From positions 64,001 to 128,000 of the forward strand of contig CAVVEU010000031.1 of NCBI GenBank assembly GCA_963747235.1: a stretch of 64,000 nucleotides of DNA, read 5' to 3'. The notes under the pieces were generated by a model. The model saw only the letters and a list, made by a program, of their open reading frames with translations, made no database searches and was not told the DNA's origin. The stretch comes from an uncultured Candidatus Rokubacteria bacterium (GTDB lineage Bacteria; Methylomirabilota; Methylomirabilia; Rokubacteriales; CSP1-6). The position numbers and the translations under genes are program-made. Below are positions 31,552 through 40,326 of this stretch, piece by piece. Every line of letters begins with the position of its first letter. Positions within the stretch are counted from its first letter, which is position 1.

Positions 31552-32717
31552 CCACGCTCTCCTCCACGGCCGTCTCCGTGCGGAGCCTCCTCGTGATCCT
31601 GCCGGCCCCGCCCGGCGCCGGCTCCCCGCCGCCCGGGACCGTGATCGCGGGCCTTCCCCTCGTGCGGCGCATCGTCCTGGCCGCGGAGCGCGCCGGCTTC
31701 GAGCGGATCCTGGTGCATCCCCGGGCCTGCCCGGAGCCGCGTCTGCTCGCGGGCACCGTCGCCGTCCTGCTCGACGCCGACACGCCGGTGGCGTCGCGGG
31801 CCCGGCTCGTCCTGGTGCCGGCCAACGTCCTGCCCCAGGCGCGCTGGCTGCGCGCCCTGCGCGAGATGCCGCTCGATCCGGAGACGCTCGCGGTCGACGC
31901 GTCCTTGACCGCGGTGGTGGAGAGCGCCGGGATCGACGAGGTGCTGCGCTCGGCCGGCCAGGCCGCCGGCGCGCAGGACCTGATCGCCGCGCTCTCGCGG
32001 CGCCTGGCGCGCGCCGCCGAGGCGGGCGATCCGGCGGGCCGCTTCGCGCTCGGGGACGCGGCGGCGGCCCAGGCCGCCGAGGACTGGCTGCTGCGCAGCC
32101 TCATCAAGGACACCGAGGGATTCATGTCCCGCCATGTCGAGCGGCGCATCTCGCTCGCGATCACGCGGCGGCTGGTGGGCACGCGCATCACGCCCAACCA
32201 GATGACGCTCGTGAGCCTCACCATCGGCCTGCTCGGGGCGCCGTTCTTCCTGTCCGCCGAGCCCCTGCTACAGATCGTCGGGAGCCTGCTGTTCCTGACC
32301 CACTCCATCCTGGATGGCTGCGACGGCGAGCTGGCGCGGCTGAAGTTCCAGGAATCGCCCTCCGGCGCGCGCCTCGACTTCTGGGGCGACAACCTGGTCC
32401 ACGTGGCCGTGTTCGGCTGCATGGCCGGGGGCTGGACCCTGGCCGAGGCCTCCCTCTGGCCGCTGCTCCTGGGCGCCCTGGCGATCACCGGCACCGCCGC
32501 GTCCGCCTATCTCGTCGCCCACCGCGACGGCGCCGCCGCCGCGGCGGGGCCGCCCGGCCGCCTGGCCGACGCGGTGGCCAACCGCGATTTCATCTATCTC
32601 GTGCTCCTGCTCGCCTGCTTCGGCCGAGCCCACTGGTTCCTGATCCCGGTCGCGCTCGGCACACCGATCTTCATGATGCTGGTCCGGTGGGGCGCGGGGC
32701 GACGCCGGACGACCTGA
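31548..32717 (+). CDS. CDP-alcohol phosphotransferase with degenerate N-terminal NTP-transferase-like domain
   Basis: ITPNQMT and LDGCDGELAR..S..G..LD...D signature; N-terminal IAGLPLVRR soluble domain. Confidence 0.88.
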   Translation: MTTLSSTAVSVRSLLVILPAPPGAGSPPPGTVIAGLPLVRRIVLAAERAGFERILVHPRACPEPRLLAGTVAVLLDADTPVASRARLVLVPANVLPQARWLRALREMPLDPETLAVDASLTAVVESAGIDEVLRSAGQAAGAQDLIAALSRRLARAAEAGDPAGRFALGDAAAAQAAEDWLLRSLIKDTEGFMSRHVERRISLAITRRLVGTRITPNQMTLVSLTIGLLGAPFFLSAEPLLQIVGSLLFLTHSILDGCDGELARLKFQESPSGARLDFWGDNLVHVAVFGCMAGGWTLAEASLWPLLLGALAITGTAASAYLVAHRDGAAAAAGPPGRLADAVANRDFIYLVLLLACFGRAHWFLIPVALGTPIFMMLVRWGAGRRRTT

Positions 32718-32718
32718 C

Positions 32719-34263
32719 GTGTTTTCCGTCCTCGACGTCCTGCTGCGCGGCCTGATCCTCGCCGCGCAGGCTACCGCGGTGGGCGGGGTGTGCTTTCTGC
32801 TGCTCGTGGCCCGCGCGCCCGAGGCGCCGCGCTCGCTGCTGCTCATCGCCGCCGCGGCGGTCACGCTCGCGCTGGGCCAGGCGCTGTCGCTCGGCAACGA
32901 GCTGTTCGTGCTCCTCCACGAGGCGGCCTGGCCGCTGCGCGCGGCGCTCGACACGCTCTACGTGCAGGTGAGCGTCGTCCGGATCGCGGCCGGGCTCGCG
33001 CTGGCCGGGTGCGCCCTCGGACTGCGCCGCGCCCGCGGGCCGTCGCGGCTCTGGCCGGCGGTGGTGGCGCTGGCCGCGGTGCTGGTCGTGGCCGCGCCGT
33101 GGACGAGCCATGCCGCCGCGCGGCTCGACTCCCGCGTGCTGCTGCTGCTGCTCGACGGCGCCCATCAGCTTGGCGCCGCGGTGTGGGTCGGCGGCCTCGT
33201 GCACCTGACCGCGGCCGCGTTCCGGCGCGGCGATCGGCCCTGGCCGGTGGCCCTGCTCCGGCGGTTCTCGAACCTGGCCCTGGGCGCCGTCGCGGTCCTG
33301 GTGGGCGCGGGCGTCGGCCTCACGTGGAACTACGCGCCGGACCAGACCGCGATCTTCGGCACCGCGTACGGCCTCATGGTCATGACCAAGGTGGCGATCC
33401 TCGGCGGCCTGCTCGTGCTGGGGGCGCTGAACTCCCGGGCGATCCGGCGCATGGACGGCGCGCCCGAGGCCGACCAGCTCACGCTTCGCCGCTTCGTGGA
33501 GGTCGAGGTCGGCCTGGGCCTCACCGTGCTCTTCGCGGCCGCCTCGCTCACCTCGCTGCCGCCGGCGGTGGATCTCACCCACGATCGCGCCACGCTCTCG
33601 GAGGTCGCGACGCGCTTCACCCCGCGGATGCCGTCGCTGCGCTCGCCCTCGATCTCCGAGATGCCGATCGACGATCCGCTGGCGCCCCGCAACGACGCCG
33701 ATCGCGCCTGGTCCGAGTTCAACCACCACGTGTCCGGGATCCTGGTCCTCACCATGGGCCTGCTGGCCCTGCTGCACGCCACGGGCCGGGCCCGCTGGGC
33801 GCGGCACTGGCCGCTCGTCTTCCTGGGCCTGGCCGCCTTCATGGTCGTGCGCAACGATCCGGGCTCGTGGCCGCTCGGCCCGGAGGGCTTCTGGGAGGGC
33901 TGGCTCGTCGCGACGGTGGCGCAGCACCGGGTCTTCGTGCTGCTCGTGATCGTCTTCGGCATCTTCGAGTGGATGGTCCGCAGCGGCCGGCTGGCGTCGC
34001 GGCGCGCAGCCCTGATCTTCCCGCTGCTCTGCGTGATCGGCGGCGGCATGCTGCTGAGCCACTCGCATGCCGCGCAGAACCTCAAGGACGAGTTCCTCCT
34101 CGAGGTGACCCACGCGCCGCTCGGCCTGCTGGCCTTGCTGATCGGCTGGGGGCGCTGGCTCGAGCTTCGGCTCCCCGAGGGGCGGGGGCGCGTGCCGGGG
34201 GCGCTCTGGGCCGTCGGCCTCGTGCTCGTGGGCGCTCTCCTCATCATCTACCGGGAGAGCTAG
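32719..34263 (+). CDS. copD: CopD family copper transport membrane protein with C-terminal multi-TM extension
   Basis: SHA, H...AAVWVGGL, RRFS, T.YG...K; extension with SEFNHH, QH, HSH, TH. Confidence 0.8.
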   Translation: MFSVLDVLLRGLILAAQATAVGGVCFLLLVARAPEAPRSLLLIAAAAVTLALGQALSLGNELFVLLHEAAWPLRAALDTLYVQVSVVRIAAGLALAGCALGLRRARGPSRLWPAVVALAAVLVVAAPWTSHAAARLDSRVLLLLLDGAHQLGAAVWVGGLVHLTAAAFRRGDRPWPVALLRRFSNLALGAVAVLVGAGVGLTWNYAPDQTAIFGTAYGLMVMTKVAILGGLLVLGALNSRAIRRMDGAPEADQLTLRRFVEVEVGLGLTVLFAAASLTSLPPAVDLTHDRATLSEVATRFTPRMPSLRSPSISEMPIDDPLAPRNDADRAWSEFNHHVSGILVLTMGLLALLHATGRARWARHWPLVFLGLAAFMVVRNDPGSWPLGPEGFWEGWLVATVAQHRVFVLLVIVFGIFEWMVRSGRLASRRAALIFPLLCVIGGGMLLSHSHAAQNLKDEFLLEVTHAPLGLLALLIGWGRWLELRLPEGRGRVPGALWAVGLVLVGALLIIYRES

Positions 34264-34278
34264 CGCGCGAGGCGCTGA

Positions 34279-34457
34279 CGCCGCGGGTGGGCGGCGGCGC
34301 GGGGGGCGGGGCCCTCCCGGGAACACGCTGAGTCGCTAGCCGCGTCACGCCGTCGCAATCGAGCCACGAGACAGGGCCCGTCGCAGCCTTCGACAACCCG
34401 CAGAAGACACGGTTCCCGGGAGGGCCCCGCCCCCCGCACCACCGCCCACCCGCGGCG
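34279..34457 (-). repeat. Hairpin element E1: 46-bp terminal inverted repeats enclosing an 87-nt core
   Basis: Arms 34279-34324 and 34412-34457 pair with 2 mismatches; the core is nearly identical to the E2 core in reverse orientation. Confidence 0.85.
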
Positions 34458-34594
34458 CCGTGCCGGTGGTTACCTCCGCCATCTGATTCGTCCTTCATCA
34501 AGATCCAAGACCTGCTCCGCCGCTCGGCGCGCTTTGTCGGAATGTAAGACCTGACCCTGCCGATGCTTCGCGGGTTCGACTGGACGCGCGGGGA

Positions 34595-34762
34595 GGGTGG
34601 GGGTGGTGGTGCGTGGTGCGGGGGCCTCCCCAGACCCGTGTCTTCTGCGGGTGGTCGAAGGCGCGCGGGCTCTGTCTCGTGGCTCGATCGCGACGGCGTA
34701 GCGCGCATGCGACTCAGCGTGGTCTGGGGAGGCCCCCGCGCCGCGCGCCGCCGCCCCCGCCC
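34595..34762 (+). repeat. Hairpin element E2: 42-bp terminal inverted repeats enclosing an 84-nt core
   Basis: Arms 34595-34636 and 34721-34762 pair with 6 mismatches, all T-G. Confidence 0.85.
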
Positions 34763-34765
34763 GCT

Positions 34766-35946
34766 TCAGGCGGATTCGAGGAGCAAGCCGGTGAGGTAGC
34801 GGGATTCGGGGATGGTGAGGATGATGGGGTGGTCGCGGCTCTGGGTCAGGGTGGCGAGGACGCGGGTGCGGATGTTCGCGTCGCCGGCGGCCTGACGGCA
34901 GATCTCCTCGAACATCGCGGGCGTCACGTGGTGGGAGCAGGAGAACGTGGCCAGCCGGCCGCCGCGCTCGAGCAAGCGGAGGCCGCGGATGTTGATCTCC
35001 TTGTAGCCGCGCGCGGCGGCCTCGACCGCGTCCTTGCGGCGCGTGAAGGGCGGGGGATCGAGCACGACCAGCCCGAAGCGCTCGCCCTTCGAGTCCAGGT
35101 CCCGCAGGCCGTCGAAGGCGTTGCCGCTCCGCAGCTCGGCGCGGGCCTCCACGCCCGTTGAGCGCCAGATTGCGGCCGGCCAGGGCCAGGGCGTCCGCTG
35201 AGGAGTCCAGCAGCAGCGCGCGCTCGGCGCCGCCCAGCAGCGCGTGGCAGGCGAAGCCGCCGCCGTAGCAGAAGGCATCGAGCACCCGGCGCCCCTGGGC
35301 CATGCCGCGCGGTCAGGAGCCGATTGTCGCGCTGGTCGAGGTAGAGGCCGGTCTTCTGGCCGGCGCCCAGGGTCACCGCGAAGCGGCCCTGGCCTTCCTC
35401 GATGATCAGATCGCCGCTGGCCAGGTCGGCCTCGGGCGGGGTCTCGCGGACCGCGTCGAAGCCCTCGATGCGCGCCGCCGTCGGGTCGTCGAGCCGCACG
35501 ATCCGGCCGTCGGGGAAGATCGCGGTGAGCGCCTCGCGGATCCACTCCGCGTTGCGCGCCATGCCGAGCGTGAGGCACTGGATCACGCTCACGGGCCCGT
35601 AGCGGTCCACCACCAGCCCGGGCAGGCCGTCGGCCTCGCTCCAGCAGAGGCGATAGGCGGGCGTGACGAGCGACGCCGCGCGCCGGTACTCGAGCGCCGC
35701 CTCCAGGCGTCGCCGGATCAGCGCCGCGTTGACGGCCTCGTCGGTCCGCGTGAGCAGGCGGCAGACCAGCGAGGAGCGCGGGCTGTAGAAGCCGCGCCCG
35801 AGGTAGCGGCCGGTGGCGTCGGTGACCTCGACGGCGGCGCCGGCGGACCACGAGCCTTTGAGATCGGCCACTTCGCCCCGGTAAATCCACGGGTGCCCTG
35901 CCCGGATCCGGCGCTCGGCCCCTCGTTTCAGGATCAGAGTGGCCAG
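34766..35946 (-). CDS. rlmI: RlmI/YwbD-like PUA-domain SAM-dependent RNA methyltransferase, frameshifts near 35300 and 35160
   Basis: GHPWIY, SEADGLPGLVVDRY, GQKTGLYLDQRDNR, VLDAFCY.GGF, LDPPPF, TFSCS, PESRYL. Confidence 0.85.
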
Positions 35947-35955
35947 GAGGGGGCT

Positions 35956-36723
35956 CTAGCGCTTTCGCAGCACGACGACCATCAGCAGCGGATGGTGGGC
36001 CTCGTCGAGGCGGAGATGGGGCTTGAAGCCGTAGAACCACTCGACCATCTCGAACCCGCCGGCGAGCTGGACCAGGGTCCGCAGCTCCTGGGGGAAGACC
36101 ATCCGGGATTCGTGGCGCTGGCGGTAGACCCGCCGCGTGCCGTTCTCGTGCGCCTCGAGCTCCATGTCCTCGAAGAAGGTCTGCGTGACCGGGTTCAGGT
36201 CCTTGAGCGCCTCGAAGGTGGCGCGCACGGTCGCGCTGCCGCGCCGGCGCGTCCAGGACCAGCGGCGCGCGGGATCGGTCCAGGAGGAGCACATGTAGCG
36301 GTCGAAGACGTAGAGTCCGCCCTTCTTGAGCCCGCGGGCCACGCAGCGGAGATGGGCGAGCAGGGCGTCGTTGGTCAGCAGGTGGCCCTGCGAGTCCTGC
36401 ATGCAGATCGCCGCGTCCACCGAGCGCCGCAGCTTGAAGCGGGTCATGTCCGCCACGAGCAGGGTGGCGTCGAAGCCCTTGGCCGCGGTCCGCTCCTTCA
36501 GGAAGGCGATGTTCTCCGGCGAGAGATCGAGCCCCGACATGGTGTAGCCGCGCGCGGCCAGGCGGATGAGGTGCGGGCCGGTGCCGCAGGCGATGTCGAG
36601 CACCGTCTTGACCGGACGGCGCGCGTAGCGGCGGAAGCAGTGAACGAGGAAGTTCACCTCCTGCCGCCGGTTCATGTCGAAGGCGATCTCGTAGTACCGG
36701 GGGGCCGAGTATTGCGCGCTCAT
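35956..36723 (-). CDS. Class I SAM-dependent small-molecule methyltransferase
   Basis: VLDIACGTG, GLDLS, ADM..F, LKKGGLYVFD; ATG overlaps the speB stop. Confidence 0.88.
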   Translation of the reverse strand: MSAQYSAPRYYEIAFDMNRRQEVNFLVHCFRRYARRPVKTVLDIACGTGPHLIRLAARGYTMSGLDLSPENIAFLKERTAAKGFDATLLVADMTRFKLRRSVDAAICMQDSQGHLLTNDALLAHLRCVARGLKKGGLYVFDRYMCSSWTDPARRWSWTRRRGSATVRATFEALKDLNPVTQTFFEDMELEAHENGTRRVYRQRHESRMVFPQELRTLVQLAGGFEMVEWFYGFKPHLRLDEAHHPLLMVVVLRKR

Positions 36724-37580
36724 GACGTCCCGAACCAGGTCAGGATGGCCTCCCGGAGGATCCACGAGGCGGTGATGCCGGTGCGGCCCGACGGGTCCCA
36801 GGCGGGCGCGACTTCCATCAGGTCGGTGCCGACGATCCGGCAGGGCTCGAGCAGGCGGACGATCTCCACCAGCTCCGAGGCGGTGATGCCGCAGGGCTCG
36901 GGCGCGCCGGTGCCGGGCGCCTCGGAGGGATCGAGCACGTCCACGTCGATGGTCACGTAGAGCGGGTGCGCCCGGAGCTCGGGGAGCAGGCTCTTCACCG
37001 CCTCCACCGGGTGAATCCGGTGGGCCGGGAAGAGATGCGGGGCTTTCCGCTGGTACTCCTCGCGGGCGCCCGTGCGCATGCCCACCTGGAACACGCGCTC
37101 GGGGGCCACCACGTCCATCACGCGGGCCATGGCCGAGGCGTAGTTGTAGCGCTCGCCGAGGAACTCCTCGCGAAGGTCCGGGTGGGCGTCGAGCTGGAGG
37201 ATGCGCAGCTCCGGGATGGCGGGCGCCAGCACCTCGATCACCGGCAGCGTGGCGGTGTGGTCGCCGCCCAGCATGACCGGCAGCAGCCCCGGCCGCCAGA
37301 AGCCCCGGATCTCCTCCCGGGCCCGGGCGAGCTGCTCGCGCGGGGAGCCGTCGCCCAGCTCGCAGTCGCCCAGGTCGGCGATGGCGAGGTCTTCCAGGTC
37401 GCGCCCGAGGAAGGGCGAGTAGGTCTCGATGGAGTCGGAGGCCAGCCGGAGCTCGCGGGGGCCGTGGTCGGCGCCCCGGCGGAGGTTGATGCGCCCCTCG
37501 AAGGGGATGCCGAAGAGGATGATCCGGGCCTCCGGGAGGGAAGCCCGGCAGGCGATGAAGCGAGGCTCGGCCGGGATCAA
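36720..37580 (-). CDS. speB: Agmatinase/ureohydrolase
   Basis: GGDH, DAHPD, DVDVLDP..APGTG.PEP.G, D..EVAP. Confidence 0.92.
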   Translation of the reverse strand: MIPAEPRFIACRASLPEARIILFGIPFEGRINLRRGADHGPRELRLASDSIETYSPFLGRDLEDLAIADLGDCELGDGSPREQLARAREEIRGFWRPGLLPVMLGGDHTATLPVIEVLAPAIPELRILQLDAHPDLREEFLGERYNYASAMARVMDVVAPERVFQVGMRTGAREEYQRKAPHLFPAHRIHPVEAVKSLLPELRAHPLYVTIDVDVLDPSEAPGTGAPEPCGITASELVEIVRLLEPCRIVGTDLMEVAPAWDPSGRTGITASWILREAILTWFGTS

Positions 37581-37589
37581 CAGCCGGCG

Positions 37590-38072
37590 CTAGCCGAGGT
37601 CTTCGTCGGCGAGGAGCGTGACGGCGGCCAGCGCGCAGCCCGTCCGCTCGACCCGATGCTCGACCGCGAAGACCTTCATGTCCCGGATCTTCTCACCCCG
37701 GACCCGGAAGGCCTCCTCGAGCATCTGGACGATCATCCGCTCCGCTTCCTCGCGCGTGGCCTTGTCGTGGAACTCCATGATGACCCCGTTCTTGGCGGGG
37801 TCCACCGGCCGGGCCCAGCCGACGGCGGCCGCGACGACCTCGCCGGGCACCTCGCTGGTCATGGCCGCGTAGGCGGTCGGCACGAGCGCGCCCGGCTTGA
37901 TCCGCGGCAGCGCCACCAGCTCCACGCCCGGGGGCAGGATGCTGGACACCTTGATGAGGTTGATGTTGCCGATGCCGGCCGCCAGCAGGGCGTTGTCGAA
38001 GGCGTTCAGTGAGGTCGAGCCCTCGGCGTTGCCGGCCGTGCCCGCCGCCTTGGTCACCGGTGCGAAGCGCAT
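37590..38072 (-). CDS. pdaD: Pyruvoyl-dependent arginine decarboxylase
   Basis: LNAFDNAL..AGIGN.NLIKVSSILP with the Ser-Ser self-cleavage site; ATG 38072 with GGAG RBS. Confidence 0.9.
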   Translation of the reverse strand: MRFAPVTKAAGTAGNAEGSTSLNAFDNALLAAGIGNINLIKVSSILPPGVELVALPRIKPGALVPTAYAAMTSEVPGEVVAAAVGWARPVDPAKNGVIMEFHDKATREEAERMIVQMLEEAFRVRGEKIRDMKVFAVEHRVERTGCALAAVTLLADEDLG

Positions 38073-38323
38073 TCGCTCCCTCCTCGTGGCGTTGTGCGCG
38101 GAAACCGCCGCGCGTCTCTCGAGCGGAGCATCGCCTCCGCCCGTCGTGAATTGCTCGTTCATCGTAGCGGCTCGGCCCACGAACGCAAGCAAAAAGTTGA
38201 CTTCGGCGCCGCTTGGTGGTCTCGCCGAGCGGCCTCGGCGAGCGCTCGCGCCGCCGTGGGAGCGGCTCAAACGGCCATTTTTTTCTTGCAATGGAAAAAA
38301 AATAGCCCCACAGTGCAGAAAAA

Positions 38324-38348
38324 TCCGGCAAGTAGAAAAATTGCCGGA
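38324..38348. promoter_or_regulatory. Inverted repeat TCCGGCAA-N9-TTGCCGGA in the AT-rich divergent region upstream of speD
   Basis: Perfect 8-bp arms at 38324-38331 and 38341-38348; could be an operator or a leader hairpin. Confidence 0.4.
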
Positions 38349-38382
38349 GAAATCGGACCAGAACTTGGGGAGGAGGGAAAGA

Positions 38383-38793
38383 GTGCAAGCACTGGGACGT
38401 CACCTGCTGCTCGAGCTGTTCGACTGCGACGCAGAGGCCATCAACAGTCTGGACACCGTGAAGGCATCCATGGTGGAGGCGGCCAAGCGGGCTCAGGCCA
38501 CCATCGTCGACGTCGTCTTTCACGAGTTCAACCCGTTCGGCATCAGCGGAGTCGTCGTCATCGCCGAGTCGCACCTGGCGATTCACACGTGGCCGGAGTA
38601 TCGCTACGCCGCCGTCGACGTCTTCTCCTGCGGCGACGTCCTCCAGCCCCAGGTGGCCGCGGACTACCTCGTGGAGCAGCTCGGGGCCGCCCGGGCGTCC
38701 GTGGTGGAGCTCCAGCGCGGCATCTTCGTGAACCATCCCCGGAAGCTCCTGCACAAGCCGGCGGGGGCGCCCGTCGCCTCCACCCCGAGCTGA
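38383..38793 (+). CDS. speD: S-adenosylmethionine decarboxylase proenzyme (short class 1B, SpeH-type)
   Basis: LGRH, F.P.G.SGVVVIAESHLAIHTWPE, DVFSCG; GTG after GGAGG. Confidence 0.92.
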   Translation: MQALGRHLLLELFDCDAEAINSLDTVKASMVEAAKRAQATIVDVVFHEFNPFGISGVVVIAESHLAIHTWPEYRYAAVDVFSCGDVLQPQVAADYLVEQLGAARASVVELQRGIFVNHPRKLLHKPAGAPVASTPS

Positions 38794-38803
38794 TCGGGCC
38801 CGA

Positions 38804-39721
38804 ATGGCCACGCTCCAGTACAAGTGGTTCTTCGAGACCACGACCCCGGTCGAAGGGCACATGCACGCCATCGCCCGGACCATCGTCACCCGACAGACCA
38901 AGTTCCAGTTCATGGAGATCATGGACACCCACTCGTACGGCAAGTGTCTGGTGCTGGACGGGCGGATCCAGTCGAGCCAGGCCGACGAGTTCATCTACCA
39001 CGAGACCCTGGTGCAGCCCGGCATGCTGGCCCACCCCCGGCCCCAGAAGGCCATGGTCATCGGCGGGGGCGAGGGGGCCACGGTCCGGGAAATCCTCCGC
39101 TACAAGACGATCACCGACTGCCTCATGGTGGACATCGACGGTGAGGTGGTCGAGGAGTGCAAGAAGCACCTGCCCGAGATGCACCGGGGAGCCTTCGACG
39201 ACCCCCGGACCCGGCTCCTGCACGAGGACGCCCGGGCCTATCTCGAGAAGACCACCGAGCGCTTCGACCTGATCGTGGTCGACCTCGTGGAGCCCCTCGA
39301 GGAAGGGCCGGCCTGCCTGCTCTTCACCAAGGAGTTCTACACCCTGATCCGTGACCGGCTGACCGACCAGGGGGTCATGACGATGCAGGCCGGCATGACC
39401 AAGGTGAACGAGATCTTCTTCCACGGGGCGGTGAACCGCACGCTCCAGGAAGTCTTCCCGGTGGTCGCGCCGTATCAGAGCTTCATCTCCTGCTTCGGGA
39501 CTCCATGGGGCTTCATCCTGGCCTCCAAGGGCACGGACCCCCGGAAGCAGTCTCCGGCCGAGATCGATCGCCTCATCGCCGAGCGCATGAATCCCAAGGA
39601 CCTCGGGTACTGGGACGGCAACGCGCACCTGCACTGCTTCAGCCTGCCCAAGTTCCTCCGCGAGTCGATCGAGAAGAACGACCGCGTCATCACCGACAAG
39701 AACCCCCTGATCGTTACCTGA
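38804..39721 (+). CDS. speE: Polyamine aminopropyltransferase
   Basis: GK.LVLDG.IQS...DEFIYHE, IGGGEGAT.RE, VDID, D+DL.EP. Confidence 0.93.
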   Translation: MATLQYKWFFETTTPVEGHMHAIARTIVTRQTKFQFMEIMDTHSYGKCLVLDGRIQSSQADEFIYHETLVQPGMLAHPRPQKAMVIGGGEGATVREILRYKTITDCLMVDIDGEVVEECKKHLPEMHRGAFDDPRTRLLHEDARAYLEKTTERFDLIVVDLVEPLEEGPACLLFTKEFYTLIRDRLTDQGVMTMQAGMTKVNEIFFHGAVNRTLQEVFPVVAPYQSFISCFGTPWGFILASKGTDPRKQSPAEIDRLIAERMNPKDLGYWDGNAHLHCFSLPKFLRESIEKNDRVITDKNPLIVT

Positions 39722-40316
39722 GCCCGCCCCGCCTCATCCTCGCCTCGGCCTCCCCGCGCCGCCGGGAGCTGCTGGGGCGTCTCGGCATCCCGTTCGAGGT
39801 CCTGGCCAGCCACATTCCCGAAGAGCACCCGCCCGTGCCGCCCGCCCAGGCCATCGCCGCCGTCGCGCTGGCCAAGGCCCTGGCCGTCGCCGCCGACCTC
39901 GACGCCGGCGCGCGGGCCGGCGGTGGTGCTCGGGGCCGATACCGAGGTGGTGCTGGACGGCCGCCTGCTCGGCAAGCCGCGGGATGGGGCCGACGCGGCC
40001 CGGATGCTCCGCGAGCTCCGGGGCCGCGAGCACGAGGTGATCACCGGGTCTGGCGGTCGTGGACGTGGGGCCGCCGGGCTCGGCGCCCCGTCAGGAGACG
40101 GCGGCGGTGACGAGCCGGGTCCGGATGGCCGAGTACAGCGAAGCCGACATCGAGCGCTACGTGGCCACCGGCGAGCCGCTCGACAAGGCGGGCGGCTACG
40201 CGGTGCAGGGGCTGGGCGGCCGGCTGGTGGCGGCGGTGGACGGCTGCCTCACCAACGTGATCGGGCTGCCGCTCACCACCACGCGCGCGCTCCTCTCGCG
40301 CCGCGGCCTCCTCTAG
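39718..40316 (+). CDS. maf: Maf/YhdE nucleotide pyrophosphatase, frameshifts near 39915 and 40050
   Basis: [41 protein letters not shown]. Confidence 0.9.
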
Positions 40317-40326
40317 CGCGCGCGGC

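Noticed and set aside
34279-34762. E1/E2 or the 8533 repeats as a CRISPR array, tRNA or simple intrinsic terminators
   Set aside because: There is no repeat-spacer periodicity or cas gene, no T-loop/anticodon/CCA pattern and no U-tract. The long stems and conserved core exceed what a terminator needs.
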